From a phage: a stretch of DNA of 64,000 nt. Every line of letters starts with the position of its first letter. Position 1 is the first letter of the stretch. This document shows positions 1-13,372 of the stretch, in pieces. Made by a program: the position numbers and the translations under genes. The notes under the pieces were generated by a model. That model saw only the letters and a program-made list of their open reading frames with translations, was not told the DNA's origin and searched no databases. The DNA is taken from the sequence record PZ295659.1. One strand, 5' to 3'.

Positions 1-1025
1 ATAAATACCCACGAGAAGAACACGCATGGGAATATCTTTGGTCTGAAATTTATAAACGGAACATTTATTTGAATGCTGAGAAACGTGATTTAGTTTCTAG
101 GTTCTTTGAGTCCAGAAGTTACGATTTTTATTCTACTAAAGGAACTGAAGCGTCGTATAAGTTTTTGTTTAAAGTTCTTTATAACGAAGACGTTGAAGTG
201 GAAATTGAGTCATCTGCTGGAACAGAGTACGATATCATAATTCAATCTGATTCTATAAGTGAAGATTTGGTTGGACAAACTATATACACCGCTACAGGTA
301 GATGTAATGTTACATATTTAGAAAGAAGCTATTCTAAAGGTAAATTACAATGGACTGTGACTATTCATAACCTTTTAGGTAGGCTTTTAGTCGGTCAAGA
401 AGTAAAAGCCGAAAGACTAGCAGATTTTGAAGGTGAAATAGTTCGCGGTATTAAAGGTAAAGAACTTGCCCAAAACACTATTGATTATTTTAATCGTGGT
501 AGAGCTTATTACGTCATGAAAATAAAGTCAAATCTTCCATCCTCTCGTTGGAAATCTGACGTACTACGTTTTGTACATCCGGTAGGATTTGGATTTATTG
601 CAATAACCTTATTAACAATGTTTATTAATACAGGATTAACGCTTAAACATGTTGAAACTATTATTAATAAATATAAAAATTATAAGTGGGATTCCGGACT
701 GCCTACGGAATATGCAGACCGCGTCGCTCGTTTAGACCCTCAAGGTAATGTAGAATTCAATCCTGTTACAGGTGAAGTAATTTATGATGCCGGTCCTTAT
801 GCCGGTATCGAATACCCTTTACCTGCAAATTATAACGAAGAAAATGATAACTCTATTTTCCAAGGACAATTACCGTCTGAACGACGCAAGCCAATGAGCC
901 CATTATTTGATGCATCAGGTACAACGTTCTCTAGATTTAGAGAGCTTGTTAATGAAAGATTGTTAGATAACGTGGGAAATCCTAGAGACCCGATTAATCC
1001 ACCACAGGTTAAATTAGATGAATGA
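1..1025 (+). CDS. 7: baseplate wedge protein gp7, C-terminal part (frame open from window start)
   Basis: Reading frame open from position 1; lies immediately upstream of a 334-aa gp8-like ORF with an 8-nt overlap, matching T4 gene order 7-8-9-10-11-12. Confidence 0.75.
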   Translation, partial: KYPREEHAWEYLWSEIYKRNIYLNAEKRDLVSRFFESRSYDFYSTKGTEASYKFLFKVLYNEDVEVEIESSAGTEYDIIIQSDSISEDLVGQTIYTATGRCNVTYLERSYSKGKLQWTVTIHNLLGRLLVGQEVKAERLADFEGEIVRGIKGKELAQNTIDYFNRGRAYYVMKIKSNLPSSRWKSDVLRFVHPVGFGFIAITLLTMFINTGLTLKHVETIINKYKNYKWDSGLPTEYADRVARLDPQGNVEFNPVTGEVIYDAGPYAGIEYPLPANYNEENDNSIFQGQLPSERRKPMSPLFDASGTTFSRFRELVNERLLDNVGNPRDPINPPQVKLDE

Positions 1026-2022
1026 TTCAAGTGTTGTCTATCGTGCGATAGTTACTTCAAAATTTAGAACTGAAAAAATGTTGAATTTCTACAATTCAAT
1101 AGGTGATGGTGATAATAAAAACACCATCTTTATAACGTTTGGTCGGTCTGAACCATGGGCTGCTAATGAAAATGAGGTGGGCTTCGCCCCACCGTATCCA
1201 ACAGACTCGGTTTTAGGTGTAACAGATATGTGGACTAACATGATGGGTTTAGTTAAAGTTATCCCATCTATGTTAGACTCGGTTATTCCTAGACGTGACT
1301 GGGGAGATATTCGTTATCCGGACCCTTATACATTCAAAATAAATGATATAGTCGTATGTAATACAGCCCCATATAATGCCACTGAAGTCGGGGCCGGATG
1401 GTTAGTATACCGTTGCGTAGATGTTCCTGATGTTGGGATGTGTTCTATTGAGTCTCTCGACAACAAAGAAGAATGTCTTAAATTAGGTGGTAAATGGACT
1501 CCGTCTGTTAGGTCTTTAACACCTCCTGAAGGCCGTGGAGATGCTGAAGGGATTATCGAAGTTGGTGATGGATATATATGGGAGTATCTTTATGAGATTC
1601 CACCTGATGTGTCTATAAACCGATGTACTAATGAATATATAGTCGTTCCATGGCCGGAAGAAGTTAAAGAAGACCCTGCTCGTTGGGGATATGAAAACAA
1701 TCTAACCTGGCAACAAGATGATTTTGGCCTTGTGTATAGAGTTAAAGCAAACATAATTCGTTTTAAAGCCTATTTAGACTCAGTTTATTTCCCTAATGCA
1801 GCACTGCCTGGTAATAAAGGATTTAGACAAATTTCTATTATCACAAACCCCTTGGAAGCTAAACTCCGTCCTAATGACCCTAATATAAAGGCTGAAAAGG
1901 ATTATTATGACCCCAGAGATTTACAGCGTCATTCTGGTGAAATGATTTATATGGAAAACCGTCCACCTATTATTATGGCAATGGACCAAACCGAAGAGAT
2001 CAATATTTTGTTTATGTTCTAA
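1018..2022 (+). CDS. 8: baseplate wedge protein gp8
   Basis: 334 aa, same length as T4 gp8; position between gp7 and gp9; UUCG hairpin terminator directly downstream. Confidence 0.8.
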   Translation: MNDSSVVYRAIVTSKFRTEKMLNFYNSIGDGDNKNTIFITFGRSEPWAANENEVGFAPPYPTDSVLGVTDMWTNMMGLVKVIPSMLDSVIPRRDWGDIRYPDPYTFKINDIVVCNTAPYNATEVGAGWLVYRCVDVPDVGMCSIESLDNKEECLKLGGKWTPSVRSLTPPEGRGDAEGIIEVGDGYIWEYLYEIPPDVSINRCTNEYIVVPWPEEVKEDPARWGYENNLTWQQDDFGLVYRVKANIIRFKAYLDSVYFPNAALPGNKGFRQISIITNPLEAKLRPNDPNIKAEKDYYDPRDLQRHSGEMIYMENRPPIIMAMDQTEEINILFMF

Positions 2023-2026
2023 TTTA

Positions 2027-2044
2027 GGGAGACTTCGGTCTCCC
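2027..2044 (+). terminator. GGGAGAC-UUCG-GUCUCCC hairpin after gene 8
   Basis: Identical 18-mer hairpin 5 nt after the gp8 stop, followed by UUUCG and the gene 9 late promoter. Confidence 0.6.
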
Positions 2045-2051
2045 TTTCGTG

Positions 2052-2059
2052 TATAAATA
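2052..2059 (+). promoter_or_regulatory. late promoter TATAAATA for gene 9
   Basis: Exact TATAAATA 26 nt upstream of the gp9 ATG. Confidence 0.6.
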
Positions 2060-2084
2060 GTATAAACTATTAAGGATTAGCCAC

Positions 2085-2948
2085 ATGTATATTCAAACTC
2101 CAAAACAATTGATTGACGTTGGCGAAATTGGTAACGCTTCTACAGGCGATATCCTTTTTGACGGCGGTGTTAAAATAAACAATGATATAAATGCTATTTA
2201 CAATGCGTTTGGTGACCAACGAAAAATGGCAACTGCTAATGGGACAGGACCAAATGGACAAATAATCCATGCCACTGGATACTACCAAAAAGGAGGTCCT
2301 ACTGATTATTTCACCCCTGTTCCAGTAGGAAGTAGACACGACATAGATGCTTCTACCGGTGGTGTTATTGTTACTGTTGCTAGAGGTGAACTCGGTGATT
2401 CCGTGGAATTTATAAATTCGAACGGGTCAATTTCTGTAAACAACCCATTAAGTATCCAAGCATTAGATTCTATTAAAGGTGTTGCAGGTAATTTAGTTAT
2501 AACTACACCTTATACTAAAGTTACTCTTCGTTGTATTTCTTCTGGTGCAGGCGGTTCAATATGGGATTATTCTACAGAAAGTATGTTTAGTCATACCGAA
2601 ATTCCTGTAGACGGGACATGGAATATTATTTCAGACTATGTCAATATTCCTCTATTTTATAAAACTGAATATAACGCTGCTAAACTTTTGGTTACATGCC
2701 AATCTGCCAACGGCAGAAAAATTAAATCATGCGAAATAAATATTCTAATAGATACAATTAATTCAAGAGTTATTTCAACCGAATACGCAGTTATGCGCGT
2801 TGGTAATGATAACGAAGAAGATGAAATTGCGAATATTAGTTTTTCGATAATTAACAATTTTGCCACTATGACAGTTTCTTCACATATAAATGGTCTTCGA
2901 GTGGCAGCTAAAGTTATTTCAACTCAGAAAATTAGGGTCGCTCAATAA
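2085..2948 (+). CDS. 9: baseplate wedge protein gp9 (long tail fiber socket)
   Basis: 287 aa (T4 gp9 288 aa); late promoter TATAAATA 25 nt upstream; synteny. Confidence 0.8.
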   Translation: MYIQTPKQLIDVGEIGNASTGDILFDGGVKINNDINAIYNAFGDQRKMATANGTGPNGQIIHATGYYQKGGPTDYFTPVPVGSRHDIDASTGGVIVTVARGELGDSVEFINSNGSISVNNPLSIQALDSIKGVAGNLVITTPYTKVTLRCISSGAGGSIWDYSTESMFSHTEIPVDGTWNIISDYVNIPLFYKTEYNAAKLLVTCQSANGRKIKSCEINILIDTINSRVISTEYAVMRVGNDNEEDEIANISFSIINNFATMTVSSHINGLRVAAKVISTQKIRVAQ

Positions 2949-4762
2949 TGAAACAAAATATTAAAATTGGGAACGTCGTTGATGACGGACAAGGCGATTA
3001 CCTTCGTCGTGGTGGTGCAAAAATTAATGAAAACTTTGATGAGTTGTATTATGAATTAGGCGATGGCGAAGTTCCGTATTCCGCTGGTGCCTGGAAAACA
3101 TACCATTCTTCAGATGGACTTAATTTAGCTGCTGAATGGGGTAAATCATACGCAATTGATACCTCAACAGGGCGTGTTTCTATAAATTTACCTAAAGGAA
3201 CAGTGGAAGATTATAATAAAGTAATTAGAGCCCGTGATGTATTCGCCACATGGAATATTAACCCTGTAACATTAATTGCTGCCAGCGGTGATACTATTAA
3301 AGGTTCTTCTAGCCCAGTAGAAATCAATGTGCAGTTTTCAGACTTAGAATTAGTTTACTGTTCTCCTGGGCGCTGGGAATACGTTAAAAATAAACAAATA
3401 GACAAAATTACTAGTTCTGATATTAGTAGTGTAGCTCGTAAAGAATTTTTAGTCGAAGTTCAAGGTCAAACTGATTTTCTTGATGTATTTGGGCCTGTTT
3501 CTTATAATGTGAATAATATCCGTGTAAAACATCGTGGTAACGAATTATACTACGGTGATGTGTTCAGTGACAATAGTGACTTTGGTTCTCCAGGAGCTAA
3601 TCCTGGAGAAATCGTTGCATTAGACGGTAAAAACATTCGTTTAAGACAACCATGTAATATTGGCGACACCGTACAAATTGAAACCTTTTTGGACGGGATT
3701 ACACAATTACGCAGTTCTTATTCTCGCCGCCAAATACGTATTTTAGATTCGAAATTAACAACCCGTCCTTCCTTAGAAGGAAGTGTATATGTCGCTGATT
3801 TGTCAACTTTGAAATCTATTCCTTTTTCGGCATTTGGAGTTAATCCTTCAGAACCGGTCAATACTAATTCTTTAGAAGTTCGTTTTAATGGCATTCTTCA
3901 AGAATTAGCTGGTACTGTTGGTTTACCTATGTTCAGATGTGAAGGTGCTGATGCAGAAACTTCTACTGAGTGTTCAGCTTTAGGTGGGACTTGGGTTACA
4001 TCTAACACAGATTATTCTATTGAATATGATGATAACGATGCAACTATTGCACGTGCTTTAGTCTTTGACCGTAAGTTTGAAGACCAAGACATTATTGATA
4101 TTACATGGTTTAATAACGATTTAGGCACCTTATTAAGTATCGATGACATTTTAGATACAACTGATGAAAAGTATGTCGCACAAGGTGCAACCGTAAATGT
4201 GACCGGCGATGTGGCTTTGACCGATTTCAATAATATCGGATGGCCTAATGTAGAATCTGTTCCGGCATATAGCAGGGAATTCTCATCTATTGCAAATATT
4301 TTTAACACTATTTACCCTGTCGGTACTATTTACGAAAATGCAGTGAACCCTAATAACCCAGCCACGTATTTAGGATTTGGTTCTTGGAAATTATGGGGAC
4401 AAGGAAAAGTATTAGTTGGATGGAACGACGATATTAGCGATCCTAATTTTGCATTAAATAATAACGACCTTGATTCTAGCGGGAATCCTACACATACCGC
4501 CGGTGGAACAGTCGGAACAACGTCTAACACACTAACTAATTCTGATTTACCTCCTACTCAAACTGACGAGAAAGTTCTTATTTCCGATGAGAACGGTACA
4601 ATTATTATTGGTGGATGTCAATACGACCCTGATGCAGAAGGTCCTATATACACCAAATACCGTGAAGGCCACGCCACAACGAATAGTACACACGTACCGC
4701 CTCAAACCGTAAATAATATTCAACCGTCAATTACCGTATACCGTTGGGTAAGGATTGCATAA
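2948..4762 (+). CDS. 10: baseplate wedge protein gp10
   Basis: 604 aa (T4 gp10 602 aa); ATGA overlap with gp9 stop; synteny. Confidence 0.85.
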   Translation: MKQNIKIGNVVDDGQGDYLRRGGAKINENFDELYYELGDGEVPYSAGAWKTYHSSDGLNLAAEWGKSYAIDTSTGRVSINLPKGTVEDYNKVIRARDVFATWNINPVTLIAASGDTIKGSSSPVEINVQFSDLELVYCSPGRWEYVKNKQIDKITSSDISSVARKEFLVEVQGQTDFLDVFGPVSYNVNNIRVKHRGNELYYGDVFSDNSDFGSPGANPGEIVALDGKNIRLRQPCNIGDTVQIETFLDGITQLRSSYSRRQIRILDSKLTTRPSLEGSVYVADLSTLKSIPFSAFGVNPSEPVNTNSLEVRFNGILQELAGTVGLPMFRCEGADAETSTECSALGGTWVTSNTDYSIEYDDNDATIARALVFDRKFEDQDIIDITWFNNDLGTLLSIDDILDTTDEKYVAQGATVNVTGDVALTDFNNIGWPNVESVPAYSREFSSIANIFNTIYPVGTIYENAVNPNNPATYLGFGSWKLWGQGKVLVGWNDDISDPNFALNNNDLDSSGNPTHTAGGTVGTTSNTLTNSDLPPTQTDEKVLISDENGTIIIGGCQYDPDAEGPIYTKYREGHATTNSTHVPPQTVNNIQPSITVYRWVRIA

Positions 4763-5421
4763 TGACCATACTTAATACTAAAGCGGGAGTAATATCCCGC
4801 GAAGCAGATTTTTTAGGATTTAGAAAAAATCCTACTCAAATTGATATTTTAAACAACCAAGGCGTAGGTTCTGTAACTATTTCTCAATTGGCAAAAGGAT
4901 TCTACGATGATAACGTAGAATCTGCAATAAACGATGTTCATAATATTGCTAGAGCAGATGTAGGAACAGTTACAATTAACACCTCAGGTGTATCTCCTGA
5001 AGGAACTTCACAGGTAGATTATTGGTCCTTTAGTGGAAGTGTAACTGACCCTAGTTTGCCCGATGGAAGCCCTGTTATTGTAAAAGTTTACGGACTTCCT
5101 GTTAATGCTACTGTAGGTATGACAGCCGACGAATTTGTTGTACAATTACGTACTACTCTCCGGAATGCGATTTCCGACCAATTGGCCATTGCAGAGTATA
5201 AAGATGACCCTACTGTTGGGACTAAATTACAAATAACATATTTAGATAACCAAAGACACGTACTCCCAACGTATTCCGCTTATGGTATCACGGTTTCTCA
5301 AGAAATAGTGTCTCAGGCTAAGTCCGGGTACGGCACTTGGAATTTACTAGGTGCGCAAACCCTTACTCTTGACAACCATAATTCACCTACAACCTTTTAT
5401 TATTTTGTGAGAACCGCATGA
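4762..5421 (+). CDS. 11: baseplate wedge protein gp11 (short tail fiber attachment)
   Basis: Start moved to the ATG overlapping the gp10 stop (TAATG), giving 219 aa as in T4 gp11; N-terminus [13 protein letters not shown] and C-terminus FVRTA match recalled T4 gp11. Confidence 0.85.
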   Translation: MTILNTKAGVISREADFLGFRKNPTQIDILNNQGVGSVTISQLAKGFYDDNVESAINDVHNIARADVGTVTINTSGVSPEGTSQVDYWSFSGSVTDPSLPDGSPVIVKVYGLPVNATVGMTADEFVVQLRTTLRNAISDQLAIAEYKDDPTVGTKLQITYLDNQRHVLPTYSAYGITVSQEIVSQAKSGYGTWNLLGAQTLTLDNHNSPTTFYYFVRTA

Positions 5422-6968
5422 GTAACAATACATATCAACACGTTTCGAACGAATCTGTATATGTTGAATTTGACCCTACCGGGTCAAATTTTGATAGTTC
5501 AATAACCAATGTCCAGGCGGCCTTAGCCTCAATTAGCGCATATGGTGTTAAAGGTGTTCCGGACGCAAGTGAAACAGAAAAAGGTGTAATTCAATTAGCG
5601 TCGGAACAAGAAGTTCTTGACGGTTTTAATAGTACTAAGGCCGTTACACCTGCCACATTAAATGCAAGACTTCAGTATCCGAATGCGTCAGAAACACAAT
5701 ACGGCGTAACTAAATATGCAACACAAGAGGAGGCCATTGCTGGCACTTTAGACACTGTTTCTATTACTCCGCTTAAATTAAACCAAACTATTGATAACAC
5801 GTTCTCTACTCGTTATTCAACAGAAACAACTAACGGTGTTATTAAAATTGCAACTCAAACCGCTGCACTTGCCGGGTCTGATGACACCACAGCAATGACT
5901 CCGCTTAAAACGCAGCAATTAGCAATAAAATTAATTTCTCAAATAGCTCCTAATAACGACCCGGCTTCAGAATCTATTACCGGTGTTGTGCGTTTAGCTA
6001 CGGTGGCTCAAACACGTCAAGGAACTCTTCGCGAAGGATATGCAATTTCCCCGTATACCTTTATGAATTCTGTTGCAACACAAGAATATAAAGGTGTTAT
6101 ACGTCTAGGAACACAAGCGGAAATTAATAGCAATTTGGGAGATGTTGCTGTAACAGGTGAAACGCTAAATGGTAGAGGAGCTACCGGTTCTATGCGTGGA
6201 GTCGTAAAATTAACGACTCAGGCTGGTATTGCCCCTGAAGGCGATAGCTCTGGAGCATTAGCATGGAACGCAGATGTAATTAATACACGCGGTGGACAAA
6301 CTATTAATGGTTCTTTAAATTTAGATCACCTCACAGCAAATGGAATTTGGTCGCGTGGCGGAATGTGGAAAAACGGTGACCAGCCAGTTGCAACAGAGAG
6401 ATATGCATCTGAACGTGTTCCTGTTGGAACAATTCAAATGTTCGCAGGTGATAGCGCTCCTCCAGGCTGGGTTTTATGTCATGGTGGGACCATTTCTGGA
6501 AACCAATTTCCGGACTATCGAAATGTGGTTGGAACAAGATTTGGTGGTGATTGGAATAATCCTGGAATTCCGGATATGCGCGGTCTTTTTGTTAGAGGAG
6601 CTGGCACAGGCAGCCATATTTTAAATCAACGAGGACAAGATGGTTACGGGAAGGATAGACTTGGTGTAGGATGTGACGGAATGCATGTTGGCGGTGTCCA
6701 AGCACAGCAAATGTCATATCATAAACACGCTGGTGGATGGGGCGAATATCAACGTCATGAGGCGCCGTTCGGAGCATCCGTATATCAAGGTTATTTGGGT
6801 ACTAGAAAATACTCTGATTGGGATAACGCATCATATTTCACAAATGACGGCTTCGAATTAGGTGGTCACCGCGACGCAACAGGCACTCTTAACCGTGAAG
6901 GACTTATCGGATATGAGACTCGTCCATGGAATATATCTTTAAATTATATTATTAAAGTCCATTACTAA
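5418..6968 (+). CDS. 12: short tail fiber protein gp12
   Basis: 516 aa; internal repeated GV-K-ATQ--A-AG units typical of the gp12 beta-structure; ATGA overlap with gp11. Confidence 0.85.
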   Translation: MSNNTYQHVSNESVYVEFDPTGSNFDSSITNVQAALASISAYGVKGVPDASETEKGVIQLASEQEVLDGFNSTKAVTPATLNARLQYPNASETQYGVTKYATQEEAIAGTLDTVSITPLKLNQTIDNTFSTRYSTETTNGVIKIATQTAALAGSDDTTAMTPLKTQQLAIKLISQIAPNNDPASESITGVVRLATVAQTRQGTLREGYAISPYTFMNSVATQEYKGVIRLGTQAEINSNLGDVAVTGETLNGRGATGSMRGVVKLTTQAGIAPEGDSSGALAWNADVINTRGGQTINGSLNLDHLTANGIWSRGGMWKNGDQPVATERYASERVPVGTIQMFAGDSAPPGWVLCHGGTISGNQFPDYRNVVGTRFGGDWNNPGIPDMRGLFVRGAGTGSHILNQRGQDGYGKDRLGVGCDGMHVGGVQAQQMSYHKHAGGWGEYQRHEAPFGASVYQGYLGTRKYSDWDNASYFTNDGFELGGHRDATGTLNREGLIGYETRPWNISLNYIIKVHY

Positions 6969-6977
6969 GGGTAAAAA

Positions 6978-8420
6978 ATGATCGAATTAAAAAGTCTACC
7001 ATACGTTGATGGCCCTCCTGATGAGGGTCAAAAACGTTTAAACTGGATTAAAAATTCAGAAGAAATAACTGGCGCTGATACGTTATACGGTTCTGAAGGA
7101 GTAATGAACCGTCCAATAACAGAAGTTCAACGAAATGTAGAAACAATTAACGATAACGTTAAGACTATCGCAGAATCTTTAGATACCGCTAATGCTGATA
7201 TTGTCACAATTAAAAGTATCTTGGATGTTTCTGGTGACGTAGATGCTTTAGCACAAATTGGACATAACACTGATGATATTGAAGTATTAAAACACACGGT
7301 AAATTCACACGGTGTTGATATTTTAAACACTGAAGAAAAACTAGATGATACTATTGCTAATATCGGAGTAGTTAATCCAGAAACAGATTCGGTGTATCGT
7401 ACGGTGCGTAACGACCTTCTTTGGATTAAAACCGAATTAGGGCAATATACTGGACAAGATATTAATGGTGTCCCAACCGAAGGTAATGAAAGCACCGGGA
7501 TGAAACGACGTATTATTACTAACAGTTCAGTGTTGGTTGACCAAGGCGTTCGTTTAACCGAGTTAGAAAATAAATTTGCCGATTCTGATGTTGGGGCTCT
7601 GACAACCGAAGTTGAAAACCTCCGTCAAGAAATAGGTCCTAGACCATCGTTAACAGTACCGGTTTACACTCGTTTATCCGGTATTGATTCATCCATTTCT
7701 ATCCAAACTAGAGATATTGCGGCATTAAAAGATTTTGTTGGATATCCTAATTCAACCGCTATTAAAACTCAAGTCGAGGCCAATCGTCTTTCTATATCAA
7801 CAATAAATTCAGACATTAACTCGCCTGGTGGTATTAAACCACGTTTGACAACGTTAGAAACTACTATAGGCTCTCCAGATTTACCGACTACTCTTCAGGG
7901 TAAGATCAAATTAAATACCGATTCCATTTCAGGTATTAACACAGTTTTAGGTGTTGATTCTTCTAGTGGTTTACGTTTTAATGTAGCATGGCTTAATCAG
8001 GTGGTTGGCGTTGATTCAAATGGTGGACAACCTGAACCGGCTGGTTCACTTTTATATAGGACCCGTATTCTTGAAACTGATGTTACTGACCTAGGCAATA
8101 ACATTCAAAACGTTCAAACCGAATTGGGAACTAATTCGTCCGGTATTAAAGGACAAGTGACTAGTTTAAATAAACTTATAAGCGGCACCAACCCAAACGG
8201 TCAAACCATAGAAGAACGTGGTATATTGCCAACAGTTAAAAACCATGATACGACAATTAATGGTTTAACTTCTAGAATTGCTACTCTTGAAACTGATTTG
8301 GCCGCCGCAGAAGCAGAAATTCAGGTCCTTAAAGAGGCTGGATATATTGAAGATGCTCCTTCAGACGGTAAATTCTATGTTCGTAAAGACGGTGCATGGG
8401 TTGAACTTCCTACAGCTTAA
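6978..8420 (+). CDS. wac: fibritin (whisker antigen control) Wac
   Basis: 480 aa; long heptad coiled-coil region; C-terminal foldon GYIEDAPSDGKFYVRKDGAWVELPTA. Confidence 0.9.
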   Translation: MIELKSLPYVDGPPDEGQKRLNWIKNSEEITGADTLYGSEGVMNRPITEVQRNVETINDNVKTIAESLDTANADIVTIKSILDVSGDVDALAQIGHNTDDIEVLKHTVNSHGVDILNTEEKLDDTIANIGVVNPETDSVYRTVRNDLLWIKTELGQYTGQDINGVPTEGNESTGMKRRIITNSSVLVDQGVRLTELENKFADSDVGALTTEVENLRQEIGPRPSLTVPVYTRLSGIDSSISIQTRDIAALKDFVGYPNSTAIKTQVEANRLSISTINSDINSPGGIKPRLTTLETTIGSPDLPTTLQGKIKLNTDSISGINTVLGVDSSSGLRFNVAWLNQVVGVDSNGGQPEPAGSLLYRTRILETDVTDLGNNIQNVQTELGTNSSGIKGQVTSLNKLISGTNPNGQTIEERGILPTVKNHDTTINGLTSRIATLETDLAAAEAEIQVLKEAGYIEDAPSDGKFYVRKDGAWVELPTA

Positions 8421-8426
8421 TGAAAA

Positions 8427-8440
8427 GGGCCTTCGGGCCC
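8427..8440 (+). terminator. GGGCC-UUCG-GGCCC hairpin downstream of wac
   Basis: Perfect 5-bp GC stem with UUCG tetraloop 7 nt after the wac stop codon. Confidence 0.55.
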
Positions 8441-8452
8441 TAAAGGATTTAT

Positions 8453-9379
8453 ATGTCAGGTTATAATGCACAAAACCCTAAAGAATTAAAGGACGTAATA
8501 TTACGTCGTTTAGGCGCTCCTATTGTAAATGTTGAATTAACTACAGATCAAATTTATGATTGTATTTCACGAGCGTTAGAACTTTATGGCGAATATCATT
8601 TTGATGGATTGAATAAAGGTTTCCATGTATTTTTTGTTGATGACGAAGAAAAATACCGTCACGGCGTATTTGATATGCGTGGTTCTAACGTATTTGCTGT
8701 AACAAGAATTATAAGAACAAACGTTGGCTCTATTACTTCAATGGATGGTAATGCAACTTATCCATGGTTCACTGATTTCCTTTTAGGAATGGCCGGTGTT
8801 TCAGGTGGTATGGGTAGTAATTGTGGTAAATTCTATGGACCGAACGCTTTTGGCGCTGATCTCGGGTATTATTCTCAATTAGTATCTTATATGGGTATGC
8901 TTCAAGATATGATTGCTCCTCTTCCAGATTTTTGGTTTAACTCTGCGAACGAGCAATTAAAAGTAATGGGTAACTTTAGACAGAAAGACGTCATTATCGT
9001 TGAATCGTATGTTCGCTCTTATATCGAGACCCATAAGATGGTAGGAAATACAGTAGGGTACGGTCAAGTAGGTCCTCGCGATTCATGGTCTATTTCTGAA
9101 CGTTATGATAACCCGGACCATAATTTGGTCGGACGTCGAGTTGGTGAAGATCCTGCAACTAAACAAGGCGCATATAACAACCGCTGGGTTAAAGATTATG
9201 CAACTGCATTAGCTAAAGAGCTTAATGGACAAATTCTTGCTAAACATCAAGGTATGATGTTACCGGGCGGCGTCACTGTCGATGGCGTTCGATTAATCGA
9301 AGAAGCTCGATTAGAGAAAGAAGCTTTACGAGAAGAGTTATATTTACTAGACCCTCCTGCAGGTATTTTGGTAGGTTAA
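8453..9379 (+). CDS. 13: neck protein gp13
   Basis: 308 aa (T4 gp13 309 aa); synteny wac-13-14-15. Confidence 0.8.
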   Translation: MSGYNAQNPKELKDVILRRLGAPIVNVELTTDQIYDCISRALELYGEYHFDGLNKGFHVFFVDDEEKYRHGVFDMRGSNVFAVTRIIRTNVGSITSMDGNATYPWFTDFLLGMAGVSGGMGSNCGKFYGPNAFGADLGYYSQLVSYMGMLQDMIAPLPDFWFNSANEQLKVMGNFRQKDVIIVESYVRSYIETHKMVGNTVGYGQVGPRDSWSISERYDNPDHNLVGRRVGEDPATKQGAYNNRWVKDYATALAKELNGQILAKHQGMMLPGGVTVDGVRLIEEARLEKEALREELYLLDPPAGILVG

Positions 9380-9380
9380 T

Positions 9381-10145
9381 ATGGCAACTTATGATAAAAA
9401 TCTTTTCGCCAAACTAGAAAATCGCGGTGGGTATTCTCAGACAAATGAGACCGAAATCCTCAATCCATTTGTCAATTTTAATAACTATGAGAATAGTCAG
9501 ACATTAGCCGATGTTCTAGTGGCAGAAAGCATACAGATGCGCGGTATTGAATGTTTTTATGTTCCACGTGAATATGTTGCCGTGGACCTTATCTTTGGTG
9601 AGGACCTTAAAAATAAATTTACTAAAGCATGGAAATTTGCTGCATATCTGAACTCATTTGAAGGTTATGAAGGAGCGAAATCGTTCTTCAGCAACTTCGG
9701 AATGCAAGTTCAAGACGAAGTTACATTATCTATTAACCCAGGTCTTTTCAAACACCAGGTCAACAATCAGGAGCCTAAGGAAGGTGATTTAATATACTTC
9801 CCAATGGATAACAGTTTGTTTGAGATTAACTGGGTTGAACCATATGACCCATTCTATCAAGTAGGTAAAAATGCGATTCGTAAAATTACTGCAGGCAAGT
9901 TTATTTACTCTGGCGAAGAAATCAATCCGGTGCTTCAGAAAAATGAAGGTATCAATATACCTGAATTTAGTGACTTGGAACTTAACCCTGTTAGAAATCT
10001 TGACGGTATCCATGACATTAATATCGTTGAATATTCTGAAGTTGAGCAAATCAATTCAGAGGCAAGTGAATATGTTGAGCCGTATGTAGTAGTTAACAAC
10101 CGTGGTAGACAAAATTCACCATTTGACGATGGGTTTATGAATTAA
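9381..10145 (+). CDS. 14: neck protein gp14
   Basis: 254 aa (T4 gp14 256 aa); synteny. Confidence 0.8.
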   Translation: MATYDKNLFAKLENRGGYSQTNETEILNPFVNFNNYENSQTLADVLVAESIQMRGIECFYVPREYVAVDLIFGEDLKNKFTKAWKFAAYLNSFEGYEGAKSFFSNFGMQVQDEVTLSINPGLFKHQVNNQEPKEGDLIYFPMDNSLFEINWVEPYDPFYQVGKNAIRKITAGKFIYSGEEINPVLQKNEGINIPEFSDLELNPVRNLDGIHDINIVEYSEVEQINSEASEYVEPYVVVNNRGRQNSPFDDGFMN

Positions 10146-10194
10146 TAAATAGATAAGATAAAGCAAACACCGGTCGAAAGGCCGGTTAGGAGAA

Positions 10195-11019
10195 ATGATG
10201 TTTGGTTATTTTTACAACTCGTCGTTCAGGCGATATATCACAATGATGGGCGATTTGTTTTCAAATATCCAAGTTAACCGTCAATTGTCTACAGGCAATA
10301 AATTAATTAGAGTTCCTATTACGTACGCATCTAAAGAGCACTTTATGATGAAACTTAATAAATGGACCTCTATAAACTCACAAGAAGATGTGGCTAAAGT
10401 CGAAACTATTCTACCACGTATAAATCTCCAAATGGTAGATTTCGTTTATAACCCAACGTTTAAAACGAATATATTGAATAACTCTCTTTTGAGTAAATCG
10501 ACTAAGGATATTGTAGACCAATACAACCCATCACCAATTAAAATGATTTTTGAACTGAGCATCTTTACTCGTTATGAAGATGATATGTTCCAAATCGTTG
10601 AGCAAATTATTCCATATTTTCAGCCGCATTTTAATACGACTATGATTGAGCAATATGGGCAGGATATTCCATTTGAAAGGGATATTAAAGTCGTATGGAT
10701 GTCAGCAGCAATGGATGAACAAATAGACGGTGATAATTTATCCCGTCGACGTTTAGAGTGGTCATTAACATTTGAAGTAAATGGATGGATGTATCCTCCG
10801 GTAGGCGCAGCTGAAGGCCTTATTAAAACGACTTATCTTGATTTTCATGCTAATGAACGAGACCTTCAAACAGCCGCCAGCGTTTTTGAATCAGTTGATA
10901 CAGAAATTAAACCGAGAGACGTTGAAGCACAAGATTGGAATGGCGAAGTTGAACAAACTTATACTCATGATATTCCAATCCCGACTCCACCAACCCCTCC
11001 TGGTCCTAGAAAACAATAA
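10195..11019 (+). CDS. 15: tail sheath stabilizer and completion protein gp15
   Basis: 274 aa; N-terminus MFGYFYNSSFRRY and length match recalled T4 gp15. Confidence 0.85.
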   Translation: MMFGYFYNSSFRRYITMMGDLFSNIQVNRQLSTGNKLIRVPITYASKEHFMMKLNKWTSINSQEDVAKVETILPRINLQMVDFVYNPTFKTNILNNSLLSKSTKDIVDQYNPSPIKMIFELSIFTRYEDDMFQIVEQIIPYFQPHFNTTMIEQYGQDIPFERDIKVVWMSAAMDEQIDGDNLSRRRLEWSLTFEVNGWMYPPVGAAEGLIKTTYLDFHANERDLQTAASVFESVDTEIKPRDVEAQDWNGEVEQTYTHDIPIPTPPTPPGPRKQ

Positions 11020-13345
<2,326 letters not shown>

Positions 13346-13372
13346 AAATAAAGCAAATTAAGAGGAATTAAA

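Noticed and set aside
830-1030. Numerous 60-120 aa ORFs on the strand opposite to long conserved genes (for example 830-1030, 2070-2339, 4012-4308, 7127-7495, 18471-18950, 20343-20876, 37384-37626, 45491-45700, 53848-54165)
   Set aside because: They lie entirely inside well-supported structural or enzyme genes on the other strand, have no promoter or RBS context, and show low-complexity composition typical of shadow ORFs.
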